From assembly GCA_035548815.1 (NCBI GenBank), contig DASZSF010000004.1:57261-121260 (forward strand): DNA of 64,000 bases, in the 5' to 3' direction. Under the pieces are notes generated by a model that did not search any database, had not been told where the DNA came from, and worked only from the letters and a program-made list of their open reading frames with translations. A program made the translations under genes and the position numbers. Of this stretch, positions 20,375-29,831 are shown piece by piece. The DNA is from Minisyncoccota bacterium (GTDB lineage Bacteria; Patescibacteriota; Minisyncoccia; Phycocordibacterales; SBAW01). Each line of letters opens with the position of its first letter. Position 1 is the stretch's first letter.

Positions 20375-21646
20375 ATGGAAACACCCATCATCAGCATAAA
20401 AAAAATCGGCAAGCGCTACACGCTCACGCACCAGCAGGGCGGCTATGTCGCCTTGCGCGATGTCATCGCAAATATCGCCCGACGCCCGTTCGCGTTCCTC
20501 AAACACAAAGCGAAGAATGCGGTGGGCCTTGCGCATAGGGAAGAATTCTGGGCGCTGCGCGACGTCAATTTCGAAGTCCACAAAGGCGAGGTTATCGGCA
20601 TCATCGGCAGCAATGGCGCGGGCAAGTCGACACTGCTTAAGATACTGTCGCGCATTACCGCGCCTACCGAAGGTGAAATAGTGCTCCGCGGCAGGGTCGG
20701 AAGCCTGCTTGAAGTAGGGACCGGCTTCCACCCCGAACTTACGGGGCGGGAAAATATCTTTCTCAACGGCGCAATACTGGGCATGACACGCCAGGAAATC
20801 GCCCGAAAGTTCGACGAAATAGTCGCGTTCGCCGGCATTGAACAGTTCCTCGACACGCCGGTAAAGCGCTATTCGAGCGGCATGTACGTGCGGCTCGCCT
20901 TTTCTGTTGCCGCCCACATGGAGCCCGACATCCTCATTGTGGACGAGGTGCTTGCGGTGGGCGACGCGGAGTTCCAGAAAAAATGCCTGGGCAAGATGGA
21001 AGAAGTCACTCAAAAAGAAGGCCGCACGATAATTTTCGTGAGCCACAATCTGGAGGCCATTGCATCGCTATGCAACCGGTGCGTGCTGTTGCAAAAAGGC
21101 ACCGTGGCCCGCGTAGGCCCTTCACAGGAAGTAATCGACTATTATTTGAGCAATAGCCGGAGCCTCAATGCGACTACTGAATACGCCGCAAAAAAGAACA
21201 TCGCGGCGCAGATACGTACAGTGAGAGTATTGCACGGAGATTCCCCTTCTTCCCACATACCTATTCATGCGGGGGTCACAGTGGAAGTAGATTTCGAAGT
21301 CTATGAACCACTGCCCAAAGCGACTATCGCGCCGAGCATATTCCACAACGGGATAGAGCTTATCCACTCCTACGAAAGCGACAGCACGGGGAGGCTCACG
21401 AACTACGCGCCGGGACGCTACACCACAAAGATCACGATTCCGCCTTTCGTACTTAACGTCGGGCATTTCAGCGCCGCCGTTGCCATTGACCAGCCCGGGT
21501 TCGCAGTGATCGACAAAGTAAAAGAAATTGATTTTCAGATCACCGATGGAGAAAATCCAAAAACATCCATCATGAAGGACAACACCGCCGGTCCCGTGGG
21601 AGTATTGCTTGAGTATGAAACTACGCATACTGCCGCGCACGAATAA
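20375..21646 (+). CDS. wzt: Polysaccharide ABC exporter ATP-binding protein (Wzt/TagH-like) with ~190-aa C-terminal extension (putative carbohydrate-binding/chain-terminus-recognition domain)
   Basis: Walker A GSNGAGKST, signature YSSGM, Walker B ILIVDE; start taken at ATG 20375 (METPIISIKK); the track's 20330 start is an upstream alternative. Confidence 0.9.
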   Translation: METPIISIKKIGKRYTLTHQQGGYVALRDVIANIARRPFAFLKHKAKNAVGLAHREEFWALRDVNFEVHKGEVIGIIGSNGAGKSTLLKILSRITAPTEGEIVLRGRVGSLLEVGTGFHPELTGRENIFLNGAILGMTRQEIARKFDEIVAFAGIEQFLDTPVKRYSSGMYVRLAFSVAAHMEPDILIVDEVLAVGDAEFQKKCLGKMEEVTQKEGRTIIFVSHNLEAIASLCNRCVLLQKGTVARVGPSQEVIDYYLSNSRSLNATTEYAAKKNIAAQIRTVRVLHGDSPSSHIPIHAGVTVEVDFEVYEPLPKATIAPSIFHNGIELIHSYESDSTGRLTNYAPGRYTTKITIPPFVLNVGHFSAAVAIDQPGFAVIDKVKEIDFQITDGENPKTSIMKDNTAGPVGVLLEYETTHTAAHE

Positions 21647-21660
21647 CCTGTAGAGCCTGT

Positions 21661-22743
21661 ATGAGAAAAATATTTGTTCAGCAGTCAAGCCCCGTATTCG
21701 CGCACAATAAAATATTCGAAACGCTCGACCTCAACCGGCTCAACGCGGGCTGGATAGAGATGAAGAAACAGTTCGCGGAGCTCGGATACGACCTCATGAG
21801 CGCCGACGACCACAGCCTTTCTGACTGCGAGGGAATCATATTTTTCAACGCCGATAGCCTCGTCTTTCCTATGCCGCTCTCCAAGAGGCTTTCGCGCCGC
21901 CTGTACAAACTGCTTGGCAGAAACGTGGCGACTCCTTACCCTTCTCGCCCGCTCTACGACGAGGCGCTGGCCGCAGGGCTCCGCGAAAGAATGGTGCTCG
22001 TGCTGTGGGAGCCCAGGACCGTGCTGGCGTCTAACTTTGATCCGAAGATATGGAAGATGTTCGACCACATACTGACCTGGGATGACGATCTCATCGGAAC
22101 CCCGCCCTTTGAGCGGTTTGTTATTCCTATGGAAGGCAATGACGTGCGCGCGGAACCGATGCCGTTTGAAGAGAAAAAGCTGCTCGTGAATATTTCCATA
22201 AACAAATATTCTTCGTACAAGAACGAGCGGTACTCTGCCCGCCGAACAACAAGCGCGTACTTTGACAAACACTATCCCCGTGACTTCGACCTCTATGGGC
22301 TCCGGTGGAACAAGCCCGTGACCTTCCTGCAAAAACTATTTCCCTTCCTCGTACAGCACTACTCGACATACCGCGGCCATGCGGGCAACAAACTGGACAT
22401 ACTCGCCCGGTACAAATTCAACCTGTGCTACGAAAACACGTCCGATGCGAAAGGGTACGTGTGCGACAAAATATTTACCTCGTTCCATGCCCGTTCCGTG
22501 CCGGTCTACTGGGGCGCTTCCAACATAGAGGAATATATTGACCCTGACGCCTTCGTTGACAGGCGGGCGTTCGCATCCGACCGCGAACTAGCCGAATTCC
22601 TGGTGAGCGTGACGAAGGAGCGTTACCAACAGTACCTCGACGCGGCAGAGCGCTATATGCAGAGCGAAAAATATGCTACATTCCTTCCTAAGAATTTCGC
22701 ACGGGCATTTATACGGACCCTTAAGCTAGAACCCACACAATGA
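21661..22743 (+). CDS. GT10-family alpha-1,3(/4)-fucosyltransferase
   Basis: 360 aa; YKFNLCYENTSDAKGYVCDKIFTSFHARSVPVYWG matches the GT10 core (H. pylori FutA YKFSLCFENS...YVTEKI...IPIYWG). Confidence 0.85.
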   Translation: MRKIFVQQSSPVFAHNKIFETLDLNRLNAGWIEMKKQFAELGYDLMSADDHSLSDCEGIIFFNADSLVFPMPLSKRLSRRLYKLLGRNVATPYPSRPLYDEALAAGLRERMVLVLWEPRTVLASNFDPKIWKMFDHILTWDDDLIGTPPFERFVIPMEGNDVRAEPMPFEEKKLLVNISINKYSSYKNERYSARRTTSAYFDKHYPRDFDLYGLRWNKPVTFLQKLFPFLVQHYSTYRGHAGNKLDILARYKFNLCYENTSDAKGYVCDKIFTSFHARSVPVYWGASNIEEYIDPDAFVDRRAFASDRELAEFLVSVTKERYQQYLDAAERYMQSEKYATFLPKNFARAFIRTLKLEPTQ

Positions 22744-23591
22744 AACGCACGACGGCACCGAACAAAAAAACTCCCAAGACCTTGCGCAACCTCGTCATCG
22801 GGTCAGAAGGATTCCTCGGCAGCACGTTGTGCAGTTTTTTGGAAGGCAAAGGCGAGTCCGTAACGCGTTTTGACATCAAACGGTCCAAAAAAGAAGATGC
22901 TCGCACGGCGAACTTGCACCTGGAAAAATTCGACCGGGTATATTTTCTTGCGTGGGAGGTAGGAGGCTCCAAGTACCTCTACCGCCACGACACCCAGCTC
23001 CAGCAGCTCAACTGGAACATCGACCTGCTGCAAAATGTCATGAAGCAGTTGCAGAAGCACGAGACACCCTTCGTATTTGTCTCAAGCCAGCTCGCCGACG
23101 AGACCGACACCATTTACGGCGCGCTCAAAAAGGTCGGCGAACTGTGGACCGCGCAGATAGACGGTGCATGCGTCCGCTTGTGGAATATCTATGGGTCGCA
23201 GGAAACGCTCGACGAAAAAAGCCACGTCATAAGCGACTTCGTGCACCAGGCCGTGTATAAAAAGACCATTGCCATGATGACGACGGGCGAAGAGCGGCGG
23301 CAGTTCACGCATGTGCTCGACGTATGCGAAGCGCTGCACCTCATCTTGGAGCAGAAGCTCCATGGCGCTGTCTACGACCTGACTACGTTTGAATGGATAA
23401 CGATACGCGAAGTAGCCGACATCATTGCCTTCCATGCCAGCGCGCGCGTGGTGCCAGGCACAATGCGGGGTGTGGACCGGGCATACGCTACTATCAAAGG
23501 CCGCCCGCCCGGATGGGCGCCGCGCATACGACTCGAAGAGGGACTGAAAGGTCTGATAGAAAATATCAGACAAAAAAAGCGCATATCATGA
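22740..23591 (+). CDS. NAD-dependent epimerase/dehydratase family protein (short SDR)
   Basis: 283 aa; VIGSEGFLGSTL Rossmann; start overlaps the upstream stop (ATGA). Confidence 0.75.
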   Translation: MKRTTAPNKKTPKTLRNLVIGSEGFLGSTLCSFLEGKGESVTRFDIKRSKKEDARTANLHLEKFDRVYFLAWEVGGSKYLYRHDTQLQQLNWNIDLLQNVMKQLQKHETPFVFVSSQLADETDTIYGALKKVGELWTAQIDGACVRLWNIYGSQETLDEKSHVISDFVHQAVYKKTIAMMTTGEERRQFTHVLDVCEALHLILEQKLHGAVYDLTTFEWITIREVADIIAFHASARVVPGTMRGVDRAYATIKGRPPGWAPRIRLEEGLKGLIENIRQKKRIS

Positions 23592-25600
23592 CGCTACAAA
23601 GGCAGCGACGTATCCCAAACATACTTCTCATCGGCGCAGGCCGATTTGGAGAAATACATTTGCAAAAGTTACTAGCCCTTCAAAAAGAAGGCCTGCTCTC
23701 TTTGCTTGGCGTTGTGGTCGCTTCATCTGCTACCCGCGACAGGATACAAAAAACATACGGCGTGCAGGTGTGGACTGAACTGAGCGACGCAGTGCTCGCG
23801 CACACAGATGCGGTCGACATTGTGACTCCTCCGGAAACACATGCGGAACTTGCCCTGCGATGTCTGCAATATGCTGATGTATTGATCGAAAAACCGCTTG
23901 CAACGAACCTTGCGGATGCCCGAGCCATGGAAGCATGCGCGAAAAAATACAAACGTGTCCTTATGGTCGGATATATCTTCCGATTTGACCCGATGCTCAT
24001 AAAGCTCAAAAAATTACTCTCCCCTTTCCCGCGAGGGAACGTACACATACGCGGAGAATTTATCAACCCTCGCACGCACGATGACGGGCGGGACCCGGTG
24101 CTTGAAATGTCTCATCCCCTCGACAGTATTCGCTTCGTCAGCAGGCTTGGCGCTCCAACTCTCGTTACGCATGTCCCACATGCCCGCACCTCGACGCTTG
24201 AGATACAGTACGCGCCTACGATACATGCCACAGTGAACATGGGTTGGGAGGGCGAGGCCAAGCGGCGGACTCTCACCTACACGTTCGACACCAAAGAGAT
24301 CCATGCCGACTTTATGGGAAGAACAATTGAGATCAAAGATCGATTCAAAAATATCACAAAAAACATCCGGATTCCGCACACTGCTAATGATCCTCTAACA
24401 GAAGAGATCGTGCGGTTTCTTGACGTGATACGAGGTAAAAAAGTTTCCTATCCTACCGCCGCAGACGGTGTCGGTATACTCGAACTCAAGGAACAAGCAG
24501 TACCGACATCTTCAAACAAAAAACGTCCTCGCGTTGCCATCATTGGAGCCGGCATATTCGGCACGAACTGCGCTATTGAGCTGGCGAAATTCTGCGATGT
24601 CGTACTTATAGAAAGGAATGAGGACATCTTGCAGGAGGCCTCATTCGTCAACCAGTACCGCCACCATTGGGGATACCACTATCCGCGCAGCAGTGAGACG
24701 GTGCGCGATATTGCGGTTGCGCTTCCCACATTTGAGACCAGGTACGAAAAAGCTATCATACGCAACTTTCCTACATACTATGCGATTGCGAAATCAGGCT
24801 CTCGTGTAACTCCCCGAGAGTACCTTGATTTTTGTCGAGCACATGGGCTCGCATTCACGAAAGAATTCCCAGACCCTGAGTTCCTCAATAGAAACAAAGT
24901 ATCGCTTTCTTTAAAGACCCTTGAGCCGATATATAATTACGACATACTAGTAGACATAACCAAAAAGCTCTTAGGCCGGAATTCTATCGAGATACGACTC
25001 TCGACCGCAGTACAAGGCGGCCGGATCAAAAAAAATGGTGCTAAGGAACTCTCGTTAAAAAGCAGGAAGGGGGTCTATAAAGAACCTTTTGATTATGTGA
25101 TCAATGCAACCTATGCTCAATACAACCAGCTGGCTCACTGGTTCAACTTCCCGATCAAGCCAATACGTATCGATCTGGTGGAAGCCCTTATCGTACAGTT
25201 GCCGCTGCCCCGAATCTCGCTTGCAGTGATGGACGGTCCGTTTACCAATCTTGTACCAACCTCCACAGACGGCTTGTTTACTCTCGTACACATCCGCGAG
25301 TCGATATTGGAACGGTACGTACCCCGTACAGGGCTTCCTAATGTCAGCAGAAAGATACGGAAACGGAATGTGGCTCAAACTCTCAAAAAGAGCCGCGCGT
25401 GGTTTCCCATTCTGTCTCACGCTACCATACAGGAGGTCCGCTATACCCTACGGGCGGTCAACGCAGGACGCGAGAGGGACGATGGACGCCCGTCGGATGT
25501 TTCATACCATGGCTTTGGGATATGGTCGGTATTAGGAGGCAAAATAATCAACTCCGTTATTGCTGCACAGGAGATAGCGAACCAGATACGCAAGGATTGA
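23588..25600 (+). CDS. Two-domain oxidoreductase fusion: N-terminal Gfo/Idh/MocA NAD(P)-dependent oxidoreductase + C-terminal FAD-dependent oxidoreductase
   Basis: ILLIGAGRFGEIHLQKL...VDIVTPPETHAE...LIEKPLA (Gfo/Idh/MocA), then RVAIIGAGIFGTNCAIELAK... (FAD/NAD GxGxxG); start at ATG 23588 overlapping the upstream stop; the track's longer ORF begins inside the upstream gene. Confidence 0.7.
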   Translation: MTLQRQRRIPNILLIGAGRFGEIHLQKLLALQKEGLLSLLGVVVASSATRDRIQKTYGVQVWTELSDAVLAHTDAVDIVTPPETHAELALRCLQYADVLIEKPLATNLADARAMEACAKKYKRVLMVGYIFRFDPMLIKLKKLLSPFPRGNVHIRGEFINPRTHDDGRDPVLEMSHPLDSIRFVSRLGAPTLVTHVPHARTSTLEIQYAPTIHATVNMGWEGEAKRRTLTYTFDTKEIHADFMGRTIEIKDRFKNITKNIRIPHTANDPLTEEIVRFLDVIRGKKVSYPTAADGVGILELKEQAVPTSSNKKRPRVAIIGAGIFGTNCAIELAKFCDVVLIERNEDILQEASFVNQYRHHWGYHYPRSSETVRDIAVALPTFETRYEKAIIRNFPTYYAIAKSGSRVTPREYLDFCRAHGLAFTKEFPDPEFLNRNKVSLSLKTLEPIYNYDILVDITKKLLGRNSIEIRLSTAVQGGRIKKNGAKELSLKSRKGVYKEPFDYVINATYAQYNQLAHWFNFPIKPIRIDLVEALIVQLPLPRISLAVMDGPFTNLVPTSTDGLFTLVHIRESILERYVPRTGLPNVSRKIRKRNVAQTLKKSRAWFPILSHATIQEVRYTLRAVNAGRERDDGRPSDVSYHGFGIWSVLGGKIINSVIAAQEIANQIRKD

Positions 25601-25602
25601 AC

Positions 25603-26463
25603 ATGCAGAAATTTCAGCTCACTACTCCAATATTGCTCGTAGGGTTTACTCGTTTCGAAACGGCTCAAAATGTGTTCGATGAGATACGAAAGGCAAAACC
25701 TCGGCAATTTTTCCTGGCAGTAGACGGGCCGCGCGAGGGACGACTGGATGATATAGAACGTTGTAATAAAACTAAGCAAATCGCTGCACAGGTGGATTGG
25801 GAATGCGAGGTGCACACCCTCTTTCAGGAAAAGAACCTCGGTTGTGGCGTAGGCACGACGCGCGCGATTAATTGGATGTTCGAGCACGTAGAAGAAGGCA
25901 TCATTTTCGATGATGACTGCGTACCAGACCAGTCATTCTTCCGGTTTTGCCAAGAACTGCTGGAATACTACAAGGATGACCCCAGCGTGATGCACATTAG
26001 CGGCGACAACTTCCAAATGGGCAGGAAACGCGGCAATGCATCATATTATTTCTCGCGCTATACGCATAACTGGGGGTGGGCAACATGGAGGCGCGCGTGG
26101 AAGCACAATGATTTCGAAATGCTTCCTCCAGAATTACGCCGCCACATTTGGGACAAGCAGTGGCTCAAGTCAGTCGAGCGCATGGGGGGGTTGGCAATTT
26201 TGCCCAATGTAAACTTGATAACCAATATCGGTGATGGGCCGGGTGCCACGCACACAGAGGGTGACAGCCCCTTCCTTCGGCTTCCGGTCGCGCCTATGCC
26301 CTTTCCGCTGGTACACCCGGCACGCATCCAGAGGAACGCGCGCGCCGATTGGTACACCTACCGCACCATGTTCGGTGGCACGCTGTATGCATACCTGCTG
26401 CAGAAATTCCTGCGCACCATACCCGTGGGGGTGAAAACGAAAATTAAGAGTGTTGTAAGATAA
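25603..26463 (+). CDS. Putative nucleotide-diphospho-sugar glycosyltransferase (HlpA-like), function uncertain
   Basis: 286 aa; IIFDDDCVP (DxD-like), NWGWATWRRAW; start at ATG 25603. Confidence 0.4.
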   Translation: MQKFQLTTPILLVGFTRFETAQNVFDEIRKAKPRQFFLAVDGPREGRLDDIERCNKTKQIAAQVDWECEVHTLFQEKNLGCGVGTTRAINWMFEHVEEGIIFDDDCVPDQSFFRFCQELLEYYKDDPSVMHISGDNFQMGRKRGNASYYFSRYTHNWGWATWRRAWKHNDFEMLPPELRRHIWDKQWLKSVERMGGLAILPNVNLITNIGDGPGATHTEGDSPFLRLPVAPMPFPLVHPARIQRNARADWYTYRTMFGGTLYAYLLQKFLRTIPVGVKTKIKSVVR

Positions 26464-26467
26464 GGCA

Positions 26468-27391
26468 GTGCCAATCCAAAGCCCTATCACAGGTTCGGAC
26501 AATACGACGCTGGAACGCGAGATTCCTTCGCGCGAGATCATAGACGCGTACCAGAAAGAGCTCGGCATGGATGTTTCCCATTTTTTTGCGGGCATAGAAG
26601 CAGTGAGCGTCTATACATGCAGGGACACAGGCTACCGCTTTTACCACCCGCTTACCCTAGCGGGCGACGACGCGTTCTACCAGGAGGTCGAAAAGTTCCC
26701 CTGGTACTACATGGACTGGAAGTGGGAGCATGGCGTCGCGGACGGGTTGATACAAAAAGATGAGTCGGTGTTGGAGATTGGGTGCGCTCGGGGCAGCTTC
26801 CTTAAAAAACTGCGGGAGCGCGGCGTGCATGTTGAAGGGCTCGAGATGAACACCAAGGCGCTTGAGGAATGCCGCGCTGCCGGGCTTACTGTTCATCCCG
26901 ACTCTATAGAGGGGTTTTCTGCGAGTAAGAAGGGCATGTACGATGTCGTGTGCTCGTTCCAGGTGCTCGAGCATGTGCCGCATGTGCGCGAGTACCTTGA
27001 AGCATCGCTCGCGGTACTCAAGCCAGGCGGGCGCATGATAGTGAGCGTCCCCAACAACGATAGCCTCGTACTCTCTTCAGGCGGCCCTGATACCCTTAAC
27101 GCCCCGCCTCACCACATGGGGCTATGGGACCCCAATTCCCTTATCGCGCTCCAGAGATATTTCAATATGACTATTGAAGGTTTGTATCTGGAGCCTCTGC
27201 AGGAATACCACGCTGGATTCGCGAGCAAGATTGCCAGCGCCGCTATAGGAACAAAAGTAGCGGACAAGCTACCGCTCCCCCACGGCCTCGTAGCCAAGCT
27301 TGCCGGCCGCTTCGGCTACACCGCCGCCTCCGCCCTTGCCCCCCATATCGTTGGTCACAGTATGATTGCAGTATTTACAAAGAATGGATGA
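26468..27391 (+). CDS. Class I SAM-dependent methyltransferase
   Basis: 307 aa; VLEIGCARGSFLKKL motif I, FQVLEHVPH, LKPGGRMIVSVPN. Confidence 0.7.
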   Translation: MPIQSPITGSDNTTLEREIPSREIIDAYQKELGMDVSHFFAGIEAVSVYTCRDTGYRFYHPLTLAGDDAFYQEVEKFPWYYMDWKWEHGVADGLIQKDESVLEIGCARGSFLKKLRERGVHVEGLEMNTKALEECRAAGLTVHPDSIEGFSASKKGMYDVVCSFQVLEHVPHVREYLEASLAVLKPGGRMIVSVPNNDSLVLSSGGPDTLNAPPHHMGLWDPNSLIALQRYFNMTIEGLYLEPLQEYHAGFASKIASAAIGTKVADKLPLPHGLVAKLAGRFGYTAASALAPHIVGHSMIAVFTKNG

Positions 27392-29021
27392 CACGCGACA
27401 CATAAGTTTCGTCATACCCGCATACAACTGCGCAGATACGCTCGCAGAGGCTGTCGAGTCTATCTACAACGGCAATTTCGAAGACGGCGACGAGGTGATA
27501 GTGATCGATGACGCCTCGACCGACACTACACCAAAAGTCATTGAAGGACTGCGCATAGCTCACCCAGATCTTATGGTTCTCACTAATGAGCAAAACAAAG
27601 GCTGCCCCGCGACACGTAATGTTGGCATACATGCCGCACGCAACGGACTTATTTTTAACCTTGATGCCGACAATATACTCGCGCCCGGCAGCGTAGCAAA
27701 GCTTAAAACTGTTCTCACAGAAAAGAATGCCGACGTTGCTGCATTTAGCGAATACCATTACTTCAAAGGCAGTGATAAAAAAGTCACTCACAAATGGATC
27801 TACCCATACGACACGCTCACGCTCGCCGACCTTCTTGCAAGCCATATTAACCCCGGGCCCGGCGGCAACTTCCTCTATACCAAAGCAAGCTGGGAGAAGG
27901 TCGGCGGGTATTGGGAATATGGCAAAGGCTTGCACGAAGCATGGGGCTTTACTTTGAAACAGCTGGCTCACGGAGCGCGCATGGTCGTGCCTCCTCATTC
28001 GTACTATCTGCATCGCTATGGCGTCAATTCCTTATTTGACAGAGAATCGAAGGAACTGGAGAGAAGTTCACTCACGGCAACAAAGATGCTGGAGCCGTTC
28101 CTTGATCTTCTTGATACAGACGACGCTGCATACATACGAAGTGAAGAAGGATCACGAACATGGTTCGAGACCCTTCCCGTGCGACCCATACGCCTTGCAT
28201 CCCACACGCCAGGGAGGACTGGGTACAAAACGTCCCGCACATCCCGTATGCCGGGTTACACCATAGCGCGCAACATACTGCGGCGCGCAATGCCTCGCTC
28301 TCTTGTCCACTGGCTACGCGCACAGCGGCTGATGCGAGCGTACAGGAAGGACTTTTCGACGTTCAAGACACTCTCACAGGCACAGGGGCGCGGCGAGCCG
28401 CTGTGGGACGATCGCCGTCCGGAATTGTTCGACAATACCTCAACCACACCGTTTGACGCTCACTACATATATCACCCGGCCTGGGCTGCGCGTGTGCTGC
28501 ACAGGACCAACCCCTCCCTTCATATTGATATTTCTTCGACGCTGACTTTTTCCTCCATACTTTCCGCTTTTATACCCGTGCGGTTTTACGACTATCGCCC
28601 CGCGCCACTCAAGCTTTCCAATTTTGAATCACTACATGCGGACCTCACAGCACTGCCATTTCAAGACGGGAGCATTGCATCGCTTTCGTGCATGCACACC
28701 ATCGAACATATCGGGCTTGGCCGGTACGGCGACCCTCTGGACCCAAACGGAGACCGCACAGCAATAGCCGAGCTTATACGCGTACTCGCGCCAGGAGGCA
28801 ACCTTTTGTTTGTAACGCCCGTAGGAAAGCCGCGCGTACGCTTTAATGCTCATCGGATCTACTCATACCGGCAGATCATGGAATACTTTAACGGCCTGGA
28901 ACTAGTCGAATTTTCTCTCCTTCCGGACGACATCAGCCAGGGCATTGTAGAGAATGCGAGCCAGGCACAGAGCGACGCGCAAAACTACGGATGCGGTTGC
29001 TTTTGGTTTAGAAAGCGGTAA
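27384..29021 (+). CDS. Bifunctional GT2 glycosyltransferase (N-term) - SAM-dependent methyltransferase (C-term) fusion
   Basis: ISFVIPAYNCADTL...VIVIDDASTD (GT2); C-term ...LPFQDGSIASLSCMHTIEHIG...LAPGGNLLFVTP (Methyltransf_11-like); start at ATG 27384 overlapping the upstream gene by 8 nt. Confidence 0.75.
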   Translation: MDDTRHISFVIPAYNCADTLAEAVESIYNGNFEDGDEVIVIDDASTDTTPKVIEGLRIAHPDLMVLTNEQNKGCPATRNVGIHAARNGLIFNLDADNILAPGSVAKLKTVLTEKNADVAAFSEYHYFKGSDKKVTHKWIYPYDTLTLADLLASHINPGPGGNFLYTKASWEKVGGYWEYGKGLHEAWGFTLKQLAHGARMVVPPHSYYLHRYGVNSLFDRESKELERSSLTATKMLEPFLDLLDTDDAAYIRSEEGSRTWFETLPVRPIRLASHTPGRTGYKTSRTSRMPGYTIARNILRRAMPRSLVHWLRAQRLMRAYRKDFSTFKTLSQAQGRGEPLWDDRRPELFDNTSTTPFDAHYIYHPAWAARVLHRTNPSLHIDISSTLTFSSILSAFIPVRFYDYRPAPLKLSNFESLHADLTALPFQDGSIASLSCMHTIEHIGLGRYGDPLDPNGDRTAIAELIRVLAPGGNLLFVTPVGKPRVRFNAHRIYSYRQIMEYFNGLELVEFSLLPDDISQGIVENASQAQSDAQNYGCGCFWFRKR

Positions 29022-29033
29022 ACACCCACAAGA

Positions 29034-29831
29034 ATGATCACTACTAAACTACAAGGCGGGCTCGGGAACCAGCTGTTTCAGTACGCAGCTGGGCGCGCAT
29101 TAAGCGAGCGGCATAACACGGACCTTGTGCTCGACATCGAGTTTTACGGACGGCAGGAATTGCGGGCATATACGCTCGGCAAGTTCAGCATTTCTGCGCG
29201 CATAGCGTCACACAAAGAACCTGCGCGCGCCGACCGCCTTGTCGAAAAGGGATTCTCGTTCGATTCACGAGTGCCAGAGGCTGGCCCTGATACGTATCTG
29301 GAGGGCTACTGGCAAAGCGAGCGGTATTTCAAAGATATAGAATCTGTTATTCGCAGGGAGTTCGCGCTCAAAGATCCCGGCAACGGCGCGTTCAAGGAAG
29401 CGTTAGCCGAGTTGGGGCACGGGAATTCTGCCGTATCGCTTCACGTTCGCAGAACCGACTATCTCGCCCCCAAGCACCAGGGCATATACGCCCAGCTGAC
29501 TCCAGCATATTACCTGAACGCGCTGCAGATAATCGCAGAAAAAAATAAGGACCTCCGCGTCATCATATTTTCGGACGATGTGGCATGGGTGAAAGAAAAC
29601 CTGACCCTCCCTTTTCCAACACTCTACATGTCGGGGCGCGGATTTGTCGACTATGAGGAGCTTGTGCTCATGAGCGCATGCGCGCACCACATAACCGCGA
29701 ACAGCTCATTTTCCTGGTGGGGCGCATGGCTCAACCCACGCCGCGAAAAAATAGTGGTCACGCCAGAGCACTGGTTCGTGGACGGACGCGATGAGAGCGA
29801 CCTCATACCCCCATCATGGATACGACTCTAG
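29034..29831 (+). CDS. GT11-family alpha-1,2-fucosyltransferase
   Basis: 265 aa; GGLGNQLFQYAAG, SLHVRRTDY, ANSSFSWWGAWL, PEHWFV match H. pylori FutC motifs (GGLGNQMFQYAFA, FVHIRRGDY, ANSTYSWWAAYL, PKHWLF). Confidence 0.9.
   Translation: MITTKLQGGLGNQLFQYAAGRALSERHNTDLVLDIEFYGRQELRAYTLGKFSISARIASHKEPARADRLVEKGFSFDSRVPEAGPDTYLEGYWQSERYFKDIESVIRREFALKDPGNGAFKEALAELGHGNSAVSLHVRRTDYLAPKHQGIYAQLTPAYYLNALQIIAEKNKDLRVIIFSDDVAWVKENLTLPFPTLYMSGRGFVDYEELVLMSACAHHITANSSFSWWGAWLNPRREKIVVTPEHWFVDGRDESDLIPPSWIRL

Noticed and set aside
20351-21046. 231-aa minus-strand ORF
   Set aside because: Antisense to the wzt ABC ATPase gene, which has clear Walker motifs on the + strand.
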